From positions 128,001 to 192,000 of the forward strand of contig CAWDDT010000004.1 in the NCBI GenBank assembly GCA_963801165.1: a stretch of DNA of 64,000 nucleotides. Direction: 5' to 3'. Shown here piece after piece: positions 11,316-21,537 of the stretch. The notes under the pieces were generated by a model that saw nothing but the letters and a program-made list of their open reading frames with translations, was not told where the DNA came from and did not search any database. The position numbers were made by a program, and so were the translations under genes. Every line of letters starts with the position of its first letter. Positions within the stretch are counted from its first letter, which is position 1. The stretch is from an uncultured bacterium. GTDB taxonomy: Bacteria; Actinomycetota; Acidimicrobiia; Spongiisociales; UBA5794.

Positions 11316-11528
11316 ATGGGTTCTATCGCCGGAGGGTTTGTGCTGCTCGCAGGTGCTATCGTGGCAAGGTTAGACCTCGCTCGTCTCGATAGGTGGGCGG
11401 CACGCCTGTCGCGAGATGGCGCCAGCGCTCAGAGAGCGAAGCGGTTTAATAGAGCCGCAATAGCCGTGCTCACGCTGATGGGGGTCGCTCTCATTGTTGC
11501 GGGGCTTGTGAGCACCGTGGCCAACTGA
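11316..11528 (+). CDS. Small 2-TM hypothetical protein
   Basis: GAGGT RBS; two hydrophobic helices. Confidence 0.5.
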   Translation: MGSIAGGFVLLAGAIVARLDLARLDRWAARLSRDGASAQRAKRFNRAAIAVLTLMGVALIVAGLVSTVAN

Positions 11529-11909
11529 CGGACCCGACCTCGAGCTGTGGAGTGATGAGAACCTGGCCGTCCTCACCGTCGCCTACCCGCCGACAACGAC
11601 GAGAGCATCGGACAGGGACGGGAGGCAGTGACGATACCATCTGGCCCAGACCGCTAGACAGCGTCCGCGGGCCCGCCCGCGACTGATCATCCGCGAGACC
11701 GTCCAAGATGCGGTTAGCAACGTACCCGCCAGCACCGGTTGTAGCTAGCCTCGCTGCGCCTGTCGCACAATCGACCGTCTGAATGTCGGCGCATGCTCCG
11801 ACCGTGAACGGTACCGAGGTCACAACGTTCACGGCCGTCGTGGCACCAGCAAGCAGCTTGGAGGTATCTTTGATCGGTCTAGTTAATCAATGATCCCCGA
11901 GGTTCTCGA

Positions 11910-12092
11910 ATGAGCTTCAGCCAAGCACTAGGTCTGTGTGTGTCCGTTGGCGGCATCGCCTTCGCCCTGATGCTGCGCTCGGACAAGAAAAAGGGGTACC
12001 GCGATTTGCTCAGGATGGAGCTTATGTGGCCGCTGATTCTCCTTGTTAGCAGCGGTTGCCTCGTATGGGAGCTATGGGCGTTGGCGCGATGA
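11910..12092 (+). CDS. Small 2-TM hypothetical protein
   Basis: GAGG RBS; two hydrophobic helices. Confidence 0.45.
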   Translation: MSFSQALGLCVSVGGIAFALMLRSDKKKGYRDLLRMELMWPLILLVSSGCLVWELWALAR

Positions 12093-12510
12093 CAGCTGAC
12101 AAGGCTCGCGGGTGAATCGCCCGCATCGTGACGCTAGCGCTGTTCGCCGAATTCCACAGACTGGCTGGCGGTGTCACCGGGGAATGGCCAACTTGGGCGG
12201 AGAGGAGATCCTCGACTGTGTCAGCGGCGGCACCTGTCTAGCACTATCAATGGATGAGACGGGCTGGGATCTCGCCGGAGGTGCATCTTTCGGCAAGACT
12301 GGCAATCTCTTGGGCCATCACACCGCGTGGACGCTCGGCTACGAGGAGGTAACGACGACTCTCTCAAGAGTTGCCAAACACCCCGCTCTAGGGCCTAAGT
12401 TGGCGCTTGAGACTTGCTTGGTACAAGCGTGGGCACGTGCCGAGATCGCCCTATTGGACGCATTGATGAACACGGCACAGAGTGTCACGGGCAACCGAGG
12501 ACCTTGAGCA

Positions 12511-13221
12511 GTGAGCAGTCGCATCGATACCCGACCTGGTGTGACAGTCCCCGCGCTCGGTTTCATTACGCTCGGCGTGGCCTTCTTGGCGGTCGCGACG
12601 ATCGCGAACGCAGCTCGCGGCGAGTATGGCCAGGCGATTGCGTTTGGGGTGATGACCTTGCTCGGAGGCGTCCTTTTTGTCGTTCCTCGTCGTGCATTTT
12701 CAATCCTCGTCTCTTCGGAGGGTGTGAGCCTGTGGCCCGATTCGTTGTCGAGGTACTTCAGGTCGAAGTGGCTGCCTTGGTCTGAGGTCATTGGGTACGA
12801 ACTCAAGGGCCGACGCTCCTCAGAAACACCCGTAGGCTCACAAATCGTGGCCAGGACGGTGCGGGGCGACACGGCTGTGGTGTGCCAGATACCGACCTGG
12901 TTGCTAGACAGTGCGAGGTGGTTCGGCCAGGCGGTGGAGCGTATGCTCCGCGTGCTCGAAGAAGAGCGGCACACCGGCCTCGAGACAGTGGGCAATCGTG
13001 CGGTGGCACTGCGTAGCAACGTTCTGTTTCGATGGGCAGAGCGCGGCGGTGAAAGAGGACCAAAACACCAAGATCCTGAGTATGGCCCTTGCCGTGGGAT
13101 CGTGGTGAACCCACTCGTGAGCGTGGTCACCGAACTCCGCGATGTTCAGCGGTTCGTTCCGTATCCCGCCGTTGAACGAATCGATCCGCAGGTTCTCCCT
13201 GGGGAGCCGAGTTCGATGTAG
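12511..13221 (+). CDS. 2-TM protein with a PH-like soluble domain; 3' end runs into an IS remnant
   Basis: 2 TM, then VSSEGV..LPWSEV pattern. Confidence 0.5.
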   Translation: MSSRIDTRPGVTVPALGFITLGVAFLAVATIANAARGEYGQAIAFGVMTLLGGVLFVVPRRAFSILVSSEGVSLWPDSLSRYFRSKWLPWSEVIGYELKGRRSSETPVGSQIVARTVRGDTAVVCQIPTWLLDSARWFGQAVERMLRVLEEERHTGLETVGNRAVALRSNVLFRWAERGGERGPKHQDPEYGPCRGIVVNPLVSVVTELRDVQRFVPYPAVERIDPQVLPGEPSSM

Positions 13222-13224
13222 AAG
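13129..13224 (-). mobile_element. IS3-family transposase remnant
   Basis: Minus strand FYIELGSP/ENLRIDSFNGGIRNEPLNIAEFG resembles the IS3 core YIEPGSPWEN..IESFNG.LRDELLN.EEF. Confidence 0.65.
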
Positions 13225-13447
13225 GTGCCGAGCCGTGTGAGGTCGCATTAGTCCGCCAGCGTGTTGACGATCATATTCGAGGCTTTGACGAGGCCAGGAA
13301 CGAGCGGAGACAGCTAAAGCGTCTTGGCCGAAACGACATCCCGGTCGCCCGCTGATATCGGCCGGCCAGGGCGAGGTGCGTCCACGTTACATAGTGATTG
13401 TGCCGGCGGACGTGGGCTTGACCGCGGACCTATTCTCTTGGTTTGGA

Positions 13448-13908
13448 AGGTCGGTGAAGGTACGTCAATGATGGAGTTCGACAGGCGCGGACTAGTGCGG
13501 ATGATCGCAATCGGATTGGGTTTGACAACGGTCTGCGCGTGGGTGGCGGCCGCGGGCGTTACGACGAGCGTGTGGCCGTTTACGAGTTCAACCGTAATGA
13601 GAGCGCTTGGCGCCGTAGGTGCGTCCGCTTCACTAGCTCAGACAGTGCCCTTCCTGGGCATGCTGGCACGCCGACACAACCCGGCCATCGAGGGCAACAA
13701 CTCCTTCGTGACGATCCGAGCGGTTTCCGGGAAATCGCGTGTCATCGAATGGACAGATATCGAACGCGTCGAGTTGAGGCGCAACGCAGTCGACCTTCGA
13801 CTTCGGTCAGGCGGACGCGTCCGCGCATATGGCCAGGTCATTGCTGCGCGACACAAGAAGGCGATGGCAGAGGTTGCCGAGTTCTTCGCGAAGAGGGTTG
13901 CTCATTGA
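13448..13908 (+). CDS. 2-TM protein with a PH-like domain
   Basis: GAAGG RBS; 2 TM, then IEWTDIERVEL. Confidence 0.55.
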
Positions 13909-14010
13909 GCCGCTACCGGGGGTCAAATGGGGGACGAGGCGAGAATTTGACCCTGGGCGCTTGCGCCGCCCACGGTTCCAACGATCCGAAGGACGATATA
14001 GCTGGTGCGT

Positions 14011-14634
14011 CTAGGGCGCCAAGCCCAGCCGTTCCTCTGCCTCGAGGATGATGCCTCTGATGTGTGCCGTCGACAGGCCCAGAGCGGTGCCGGCCTTGTG
14101 GATCTGGGTGAGTTCGTGGTCGTCGATGGAGCCGTCGGCGGCGGCGATCTCCAGACAGGCTGCCAGCAGCGATTCCTTGCCCTGGTCGTTGAGCGACCCG
14201 GCAACACCCTCCAACCGTCGCGCCAGGTCACCGTGTTTCAGGTCTTTGAGGTCGTCTTCGAGATGCTGCATCGTGTACGGGGTATCGGCGTACCGCTGCA
14301 TCACCTCGAAGCCCTTCTCCTTCTCGGCGTCGGTGACGACACCGTCTGCGGTAATCAGGGACACGACTGCCTGGCGCACAGCGTTGGCCAGGTTATCCAT
14401 CATGTCGGCGGCGGTCGGCATCGAGAGCACGCTGACGTTGTAGGTCGACCCGCACGAGCTGCACTCGATGAACTCGCCGAGCACCTTGAGCGGGACGACC
14501 GGTATGAAGAACAGGGCGAACCATCTCCGGGCCTGGCGCCTCCGGTAGCTGCGATCACCGCCATCGTGCGGGCAGTAGAACCTGCCCTCGCTGAGCGTCC
14601 GGTAGCGAACCCTGATTCCAAAGATGATCAGCAC
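14011..14634 (-). CDS. Zinc-ribbon + TerB family protein
   Basis: IIFG..CPHD..RRWFALFFIP..CSSCG, then ADG..E.E and AADG..DHE TerB motifs. Confidence 0.85.
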   Translation of the reverse strand: MLIIFGIRVRYRTLSEGRFYCPHDGGDRSYRRRQARRWFALFFIPVVPLKVLGEFIECSSCGSTYNVSVLSMPTAADMMDNLANAVRQAVVSLITADGVVTDAEKEKGFEVMQRYADTPYTMQHLEDDLKDLKHGDLARRLEGVAGSLNDQGKESLLAACLEIAAADGSIDDHELTQIHKAGTALGLSTAHIRGIILEAEERLGLAP

Positions 14635-14705
14635 GGAGTGTTCCTTCTTTGCTTGGTGCGGCGGTTCTGATGCTACCGGCGGTGGCCGTGTAGCTCTGCG
14701 CCCCT

Positions 14706-14936
14706 GTGTTCCACACGATCTATACGCTGTCACGGCAAACGAAGGCGGCGCTCGCAGCACGTGCCGCTCTCAGCGGTCGCTCGTTACACGACTACCTGCG
14801 CTCGTTTCTGATCGACCTTGCTGCAAAGCCGAGCATCGACGAGCTGATGGATCGTATCGCGGCTCGGAAGCGTGTAACCCGGATCGAGCTGCCGGCTGAG
14901 ACGATCCTCGATCACCTGAGGGCCGACCGAGCCTGA
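14706..14936 (+). CDS. FitA/VapB-like ribbon-helix-helix antitoxin (orphan, possibly degraded)
   Basis: LAARAALSGRSLHDYLR..LAAKPSIDELMDRI..ILDHLRADR. Confidence 0.6.
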   Translation: MFHTIYTLSRQTKAALAARAALSGRSLHDYLRSFLIDLAAKPSIDELMDRIAARKRVTRIELPAETILDHLRADRA

Positions 14937-14967
14937 CGTGTCAAGCCATGGCTGTCGGCTGGCAAGG

Positions 14968-15140
14968 CCCTCACCGCCTTCCGTGCCGGCTTCGCCGGCA
15001 CGTCGGCACCTCTCCCAGGGGGAGAGGAAAGGAGAGTGTCGTGTCTGACGGTGGATTGGCGTTTGGAGCGGGTGATGCCTCGCGGTGCTGAGACGAGGAC
15101 GGCTTCGCCGGCACGTCGGCACCTGTCCCAGAGGGAAGGG
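14968..15140. repeat. Two REP-like palindromic units
   Basis: CGGCTTCGCCGGCACGTCGGCACCT.TCCCAG.GGGA at ~14987-15027 and 15100-15140. Confidence 0.7.
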
Positions 15141-15199
15141 AACGTCCTGTCTGTGGGCGAGTTTCCTACCATGAAGCTACCGAAACCAGGAGGTCTTCT

Positions 15200-16040
15200 G
15201 TGGAGCGTGTCGTTGTAACCGGGGGAAGCGGGAAAGCAGGTCGGGCGGTGGTCGCCGACCTGACGGAGCACGGGTTCGACGTGCTCAACGTCGATGTGGC
15301 CGCCTCGTTGCATCCCGACGATCCGACCCGGGTCGCCGATCTCACCGACCTCGCACACACGATCGAGTCGCTGCGGGGTGCCGATGCCGTTGTACACCTG
15401 GCCGCCATCCCGGCCCCGAACATCGTCCCGAACGGCGAGACGTTCCGCATCAACATGATGTCGACGTACAACGTGTTCTCGGCCGCGGAGCAACTGGGGC
15501 TGGAGCGGGTGGTCTACGCCTCGTCGGAGACTCTCATCGGGCTGCCGTTCCATCGGGAGCAACCCAGCTATGCACCGATCGACGAGAAGCACCCGCGGCT
15601 TCCGGAGTCCCATTACGCCCTCGCCAAGCTGGCGGGGGAGGTCATTGCCGAGCAGTTCAACCGCTGGTCGGGGATCCCGTTCCTCGGTCTGCGTATCTCC
15701 AACATCATGGAGGAGCACGACTACCAGCGGTTCCCCGGCTTCTGGGACGATCCGACTATCCGCGCCTGGAACCTGTGGGGCTACGTCGACGCCCGCGACG
15801 TCGCCCAGGCGGCCCGGCTCGCCCTCACCGAAGACGTCACCGGCAGCCGAGGCGTTCCTGGTGGCGGCCGCCGACACGTGTATGACCACCGAGAGCTCGG
15901 AGCTGTTGGCCCGGGTGTACCCGGACGTTCCCATCGCCGGGGACATCTCCGGCTACACGACGCTGCTGGCAATCGGCAAGGCAAGATCGGTGCTGGGATA
16001 CGAGCCGCAGCACTCCTGGCGCGACCACGTCACGGTGTAG
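15200..16040 (+). CDS. NAD-dependent epimerase/dehydratase, frameshifted near 15845
   Basis: TGGSGKAG, HLAA, YALAK; C-terminus KARSVLGYEPQHSWRD in ORF 15570..16040. Confidence 0.85.
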
Positions 16041-16061
16041 CCGGTTACCTCGACAGTTCCT

Positions 16062-16574
16062 CTAGCGAGACACGGACCGTCGCCGGGCCGATGTCGATTT
16101 CGATCGAGTCGAAGCGTCGCCGTGGCCCGTCTCGCAAAACACGCCGTCGACCAGCGTGTACGCCGTCAGCTCGAGGTCCTGCGGGTCGATGATCCAGTAG
16201 CGAGGCAAGCCGGCCCCGGCGTATTTGTGGAACTTGCGGATGAGATCCCGACCCCGATCGTCGGACAGGATCTCGACCACGAGATGCGGGGTGTGCGTGT
16301 AGCGCACGACTTCACCGTGGTCCGCAAAGACGATCACGTCGGGAATGAACTCGTCGTCACCTGGCTTCCAACCCCACTCCGTCGCCACGCGGGTTCCGGC
16401 GGGTAGCACCCCCTCGATCGCGTTGGCGAGGCGACGAGCGATGGTCTGGTGCGGGAGCGTCGGGGACGGGCTCACGATGAGGTGCCCATCGATGTACTCG
16501 CCCCGGGTGTCCTCGCCCAGTGCGAGATACTCGTCCCAGGACATAGGGACACGGTCGCCGGTCGTTGCTGCCAT
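16062..16574 (-). CDS. Uma2 family endonuclease (possible 3' frameshift)
   Basis: EYIDG.LIVSPSP..HQ, PDV, VVEILS, KY..AGLPRYWIIDP. Confidence 0.9.
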   Translation of the reverse strand: MAATTGDRVPMSWDEYLALGEDTRGEYIDGHLIVSPSPTLPHQTIARRLANAIEGVLPAGTRVATEWGWKPGDDEFIPDVIVFADHGEVVRYTHTPHLVVEILSDDRGRDLIRKFHKYAGAGLPRYWIIDPQDLELTAYTLVDGVFCETGHGDASTRSKSTSARRRSVSR

Positions 16575-16722
16575 GGTGACATCCACAGTACTCCCTTGGG
16601 TATTGGCGATGTCCCCAAGGTATCGGTGGTGAATGACAGATTCTCGCTCTGGCCAACCGTCCGGGTCTGTGGGGTCGCTCGGCCCTTCGCCAAACCGCCC
16701 CGGGGCTGTAGGTTTGACCGTC

Positions 16723-18990
16723 ATGGGCAGTGAGATCACATCGATCGTGCGCCGGCGGCTTCGGGTCACCGGGGTCGTCCAGGGCGTCGGCTTCCGGCCG
16801 ACCGTGTACCAGCTCGCCACGTCCCTGGGGCTGGCGGGCTGTGTCGGCAACGATAGTGCTGGTGTGTTCATCGAGCTCGAGGGCGAGCCGGCGCTCATCG
16901 ACCAGTTCGTGCTCAGGCTGCGAGCCGACCCGCCCCCCCTGGCCCACATCGACACGATCGAGGGGCGTGACATCGAGCCGCGCAACGAAACCCAGTTCGT
17001 GATCGTGGAGAGCCGGCGCGACAGCGACGCGTCCACGCTGGTGTCGCCCGACCTCGAGGTTTGCGCCGACTGTCTCACCGAGCTGTACGACCCGGCGAAC
17101 CGGCGATACCGCTACCCGTTCATCAACTGCACCAATTGCGGGCCGCGCTTCACTATCACCAAGGCCACGCCATACGACCGGCCGATGACCACGATGGCGT
17201 CGTTTGTAATGTGCGACGACTGCCAGGCCGAGTACGACGACCCGGGCAATCGGCGCTTCCATGCCCAACCCAACGCCTGCGCCGAATGCGGTCCCCGTAT
17301 TTGGCTGGAGCGTGATCGGGAGCTGGTGAGCGACGACGTGATTGCCACGGCCCGGGAGCTGATCGCCGCCGGGGAGATCGTGGCGATCAAGGGTATCGGC
17401 GGTTTCCACCTCGCCTGCGACGCCCGTAACGCCGCTGCCGTGGCCACGTTGCGGGAACGCAAGCACCGCACCGCCAAGCCGTTTGCGGTGATGGCGGCCG
17501 ACATTGCCACGGTCGAGAAGATCGCCAACCTCGCCAGCGCCGAGCGCGACCTGCTCAAATCGCGGGAGCGCCCCATCGTGCTCGTCGAGGAATCGGCGGC
17601 AAGCGACCTGGTCGGCGGGATCGCCCCCGGCAACAGCCGGATTGGCGTGATGCTGCCCTACACACCGTTACACCACCTGCTGCTGGAACCGGGTGACGTG
17701 TGGGTGATGACGTCAGGCAACTATGCCTCGGAGCCCATCGTCAAGGACAACGACGAGGCCAGGGCCAAGCTGCTAGATCTGGCCGACACGCTGCTGCTCC
17801 ACGACAGGGAGATCCACGTCCACTGTGACGATTCCGTGCTACGCATCGCCGCCGGCAAGGAGCTCCCGGTCCGGCGCAGCCGTGGCTTCGCCCCCTTCCC
17901 GGTTCGGCTCCCGATCGCAGTGCCGCCGATGCTTGCCGTCGGCGGTGAGCTGAAGGCGACTTTCTGTCTCGCCGACGGCACCAACGCCTTCATGAGCCAG
18001 CACATCGGCGACATGGAGAACATCGAGACCCTCGACGCCTTCACCGCCGCGGTCGAGCACATGAGCGGGTTGTTTCGCATCGTCCCCGAGCGAGTCGTTG
18101 CCGACATGCATCCCCGTTACCTGTCGACCAGGTGGGCCCAGGAGCACCATGCCGACAGGCTGGTTCTGGTGCAGCACCACCACGCCCACATCGGGTCGGT
18201 CATGGCTGAGAACGCCCGCACCGATCCCGTCATCGGGTTCAGCTTCGACGGCACCGGGTACGGCACAGACGGCACCATCTGGGGCGGCGAGATTCTCGTC
18301 GGCGACCTGGGCGTGCTGTACCGGGCCGGGCATCTCGGTGTTGCCCAACTCGTCGGCGGCGACGCCGCGGTGAAGCGGCCCTACCGGATGGCGCTGTCGC
18401 ATCTCTGGGCGGCGGGCATCGGGTGGGACGGCCGCATCCCGGCGGTGGCCCACGCCAGCGACGAGGAGCGGCGCATCATCCGCCAGCAGCTCGTGACCGG
18501 GCTCAACAGCATCGAGACCACCTCGATGGGCAGGCTCTTCGATGCGGTCGCCTCGATCGCGGGGGTGTGCCAGGAAATCTCGTATGAGGGTCAGGCGGCC
18601 ATAGAGCTCGAGGCGCTCGGCACCCCGGATGCGGAGGGCCGGTACCGCTTCGATCTCATCAACAATGAGGGTGCCCTGATCATCGATCCCGGTGCAGTGG
18701 TGGCCGCCGTCGCCGGAGACGTGGTCGCCGGAGTGCCCGCCCCGGCCATCAGCACCAGGTTCCATCGAGCCCTGGCAGCGGTGATCGTCGCCGCCGCCGA
18801 GCAGATGCGACGGCAGTACCATATTGAAACGGCGGCCTTGAGCGGCGGCGTGTTCCAGAACGTAACGCTGCTCGAAGCGGCCAAGCGAGGATTGGAAGGG
18901 GCGGGTTTCACCGTTCTCACCCATCGGCTGGTGCCCCCAAACGACGGTGGGCTCGCCCTCGGACAAATCGCTCTCGCAGGAAAGAGGTAA
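16723..18990 (+). CDS. hypF: Carbamoyltransferase HypF
   Basis: GVVQGVGFRP, CADC, CTNCGPRF, RFHAQP, KGIGGFH, QHHHAH, DGTGYG, PPNDGG. Confidence 0.97.
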   Translation: MGSEITSIVRRRLRVTGVVQGVGFRPTVYQLATSLGLAGCVGNDSAGVFIELEGEPALIDQFVLRLRADPPPLAHIDTIEGRDIEPRNETQFVIVESRRDSDASTLVSPDLEVCADCLTELYDPANRRYRYPFINCTNCGPRFTITKATPYDRPMTTMASFVMCDDCQAEYDDPGNRRFHAQPNACAECGPRIWLERDRELVSDDVIATARELIAAGEIVAIKGIGGFHLACDARNAAAVATLRERKHRTAKPFAVMAADIATVEKIANLASAERDLLKSRERPIVLVEESAASDLVGGIAPGNSRIGVMLPYTPLHHLLLEPGDVWVMTSGNYASEPIVKDNDEARAKLLDLADTLLLHDREIHVHCDDSVLRIAAGKELPVRRSRGFAPFPVRLPIAVPPMLAVGGELKATFCLADGTNAFMSQHIGDMENIETLDAFTAAVEHMSGLFRIVPERVVADMHPRYLSTRWAQEHHADRLVLVQHHHAHIGSVMAENARTDPVIGFSFDGTGYGTDGTIWGGEILVGDLGVLYRAGHLGVAQLVGGDAAVKRPYRMALSHLWAAGIGWDGRIPAVAHASDEERRIIRQQLVTGLNSIETTSMGRLFDAVASIAGVCQEISYEGQAAIELEALGTPDAEGRYRFDLINNEGALIIDPGAVVAAVAGDVVAGVPAPAISTRFHRALAAVIVAAAEQMRRQYHIETAALSGGVFQNVTLLEAAKRGLEGAGFTVLTHRLVPPNDGGLALGQIALAGKR

Positions 18991-18994
18991 CACC

Positions 18995-19291
18995 ATGTGT
19001 CTCGGGATTCCCGGCAAGATCGTCGAGGTCTACGAACAAGACGGCACCCGGATGGGCAAGGTCGACTTCGACGGCATCGTCAAGGAGATCTGCCTCTCGT
19101 TCGTGCCCGAAGCCGAGGTGGGCGACTACACCATCGTTCATGTCGGCTTCGGTATCACCAAGGTCGACGAGGAGAGCGCACATGAGACGCTCGCCCTGAT
19201 GAGCGAAATGGGTGTGCTCGCCGGAGAGCTGGACGCGGGTGCCGCTCTCGCCCGGGAGCAGGCTCTTGCTGGTGGCGAGGAAGGGCCGTGA
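18995..19291 (+). CDS. hypC: Hydrogenase chaperone HypC
   Basis: MCLGIPG..VGDY.IVHVG. Confidence 0.97.
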   Translation: MCLGIPGKIVEVYEQDGTRMGKVDFDGIVKEICLSFVPEAEVGDYTIVHVGFGITKVDEESAHETLALMSEMGVLAGELDAGAALAREQALAGGEEGP

Positions 19292-20397
19292 AGTACCTCG
19301 ACGAATACCGCGACCCGGCGCTCGCCAGGAAGCTGTTCGACGAGATCGACCGTCTCGCAACCCAGCACTGGGTGCTGATGGAGGTGTGCGGCGGTCAAAC
19401 CCACTCGATCATCCGTAACGGCATCGACAAGCTGCTCAACGACCACATCGAGCTGGTGCACGGGCCGGGCTGCCCGGTATGCGTCACGCCGCTCGACACG
19501 ATCGACAAGGCCCTGGCGATCGCCGCCAAGGGCGACGTCATCTTCTGCTCGTTCGGTGACATGCTGCGGGTGCCCGGCAGCGAGCGCGATCTGTTCCAGG
19601 TGAAAGGCGAGGGCGGCGACGTCAGGATCGTCTACTCGCCACTCGACGCGGTGAACATCGCCAGGGACAACCCCGGCAAAGAGGTCGTCTTCTTCGGGAT
19701 CGGCTTCGAGACGACCGCCCCCGCCAACGCCATGTCGGTCTACCAGGCCAAGCAGCTCGGGCTGAAGAACTTCTCGATGCTGGTTTCCCACGTGCTGGTG
19801 CCGCCTGCGATCAGGGCCGTGCTCAGCTCGCCGGTCAACCGGGTGCAGGGTTTCCTCGCCGCCGGGCACGTGTGCTCGGTGATGGGATATTCCGAGTACG
19901 TGCCCATCGTCGAGGAGTACCACGTGCCGATCGTTGTCACCGGCTTTGAGCCGCTCGACGTTCTCGAGGGCATCCGCAAGACCGTTGCCCAGCTGGAGGC
20001 CGGTGAGGCCCGGGTCGACAACGCCTACGCCCGTGCCGTCAGCTTCGAAGGCAACAAGGCCGCCCAGCAGCTCATCGCCGACGTGTTCAAGACCACGGAT
20101 CGCAACTGGCGCGGCATCGGCATGATCCCCGGCAGCGGGTGGGAGCTGTCCGACAAGTACGCGGACTTCGATGCGGCCCTTCGCTTCGAGGTGGGCCACA
20201 TCGACACCAAGGAGCCGGAGATCTGCCGATCCGGTGAGGTCCTTCAGGGTTTGATCAAGCCAAACGAATGCGAGGCGTTCGGCAAGCAATGCACCCCGCG
20301 CAAGCCGCTCGGAGCGACCATGGTCTCCAGCGAGGGCGCCTGCGCCGCCTATTACCAGTACGGGCGGTTCATCGAGATAGAGGGGGTCAAGGCATGA
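19288..20397 (+). CDS. hypD: Hydrogenase formation protein HypD
   Basis: [29 protein letters not shown]. Confidence 0.97.
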   Translation: MKYLDEYRDPALARKLFDEIDRLATQHWVLMEVCGGQTHSIIRNGIDKLLNDHIELVHGPGCPVCVTPLDTIDKALAIAAKGDVIFCSFGDMLRVPGSERDLFQVKGEGGDVRIVYSPLDAVNIARDNPGKEVVFFGIGFETTAPANAMSVYQAKQLGLKNFSMLVSHVLVPPAIRAVLSSPVNRVQGFLAAGHVCSVMGYSEYVPIVEEYHVPIVVTGFEPLDVLEGIRKTVAQLEAGEARVDNAYARAVSFEGNKAAQQLIADVFKTTDRNWRGIGMIPGSGWELSDKYADFDAALRFEVGHIDTKEPEICRSGEVLQGLIKPNECEAFGKQCTPRKPLGATMVSSEGACAAYYQYGRFIEIEGVKA

Positions 20398-21455
20398 GCG
20401 ACGCGGGAGCAACCATCGACGGCTGGGTGTGCCCGATGCCGCTTCGCGACCAACCCAACATCGTCATGGGGCACGGCGGTGGGGGCAAGCTCTCGTCGGA
20501 GCTGATCGAGCATGTCTTTCTGCCCGCTTTCAGCAACGAGTTCCTCGACGGGCTCGGCGACGCCGCCGTCATGGATCTGCCCGCCGGTCGGATCGCCATG
20601 TCCACAGACAGCTTTGTGGTCCGCCCCCGTATCTTCCCGGGCGGCAACATCGGCGAGCTGGCCGTAAACGGCACGGTCAACGACGTTGCCATGACCGGAG
20701 CCGATCCGAAGTACATCAGCGTCGCCATGATCCTCGAGGAGGGGATGCCGATCGACGAGCTGGCCTGGCTGGTGCAGGCGATGGCCAAGGCCGCCGAGAC
20801 GGCGGGGGTCCAGCTGGTTACCGGCGACACCAAGGTCGTCGACAAGGGGCACGGCGACGGTATCTACATCAACACGACGGGGATCGGGGTGCTGCCCGAG
20901 GGCATCGACATCCATCCCCGCAACATCCAGCCGGGCGACGCGGTACTGGTCAACGGCACGATCGGCGACCATGGCATGGCCATCATGAGCGTGCGCGAAG
21001 GGTTGGAGTTCGAGTCGACCATCAGATCGGACACCGCCGCATTGAACCATCTGGTTGCGGCGCTGCTCGACGCCGGGATCGCGGTCCGGGCAATGCGGGA
21101 CCCCACCCGGGGCGGTCTCGCCGCCACCCTCAACGAGTTCGCCGCCGCAGCCCGTGTCGGGGTCGTTGTCGACGAGCTGAGCCTGCCGGTGGATCGGGCT
21201 GTCGCTTCGGCGTGCGAGCTGCTCGGCATGGACCCGTTCTACGTGGCCAACGAAGGCAAGGTCGTTGTCGTCGTGCCGCCTGATGAGGCAGATCGGGCCC
21301 TCGAGGTCATGCACGGTAACGAGCTTGGCGAGCATGCGACCCGGATCGCGGAGATAGTGGATGGTCATCCGGGTGTCGTGGTCGCCACGACGGCTCTCGG
21401 ATCTACCCGTGTAGTCGATACTCAGGTGGGGGAGCAGCTCCCCCGTATATGCTGA
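20394..21455 (+). CDS. hypE: Hydrogenase formation protein HypE
   Basis: HGGGG, GTVND, GDTKVV, RDPTRGG, C-terminal LPRIC. Confidence 0.97.
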   Translation: MSDAGATIDGWVCPMPLRDQPNIVMGHGGGGKLSSELIEHVFLPAFSNEFLDGLGDAAVMDLPAGRIAMSTDSFVVRPRIFPGGNIGELAVNGTVNDVAMTGADPKYISVAMILEEGMPIDELAWLVQAMAKAAETAGVQLVTGDTKVVDKGHGDGIYINTTGIGVLPEGIDIHPRNIQPGDAVLVNGTIGDHGMAIMSVREGLEFESTIRSDTAALNHLVAALLDAGIAVRAMRDPTRGGLAATLNEFAAAARVGVVVDELSLPVDRAVASACELLGMDPFYVANEGKVVVVVPPDEADRALEVMHGNELGEHATRIAEIVDGHPGVVVATTALGSTRVVDTQVGEQLPRIC

Positions 21456-21537
21456 CGCGACCGACGAGGTTCAGTCCGGGCCTGCCCGGACCGATGAAAC
21501 TGGGTGTATCTTCGCGACGGTCGCTACAAGGAAGGGC

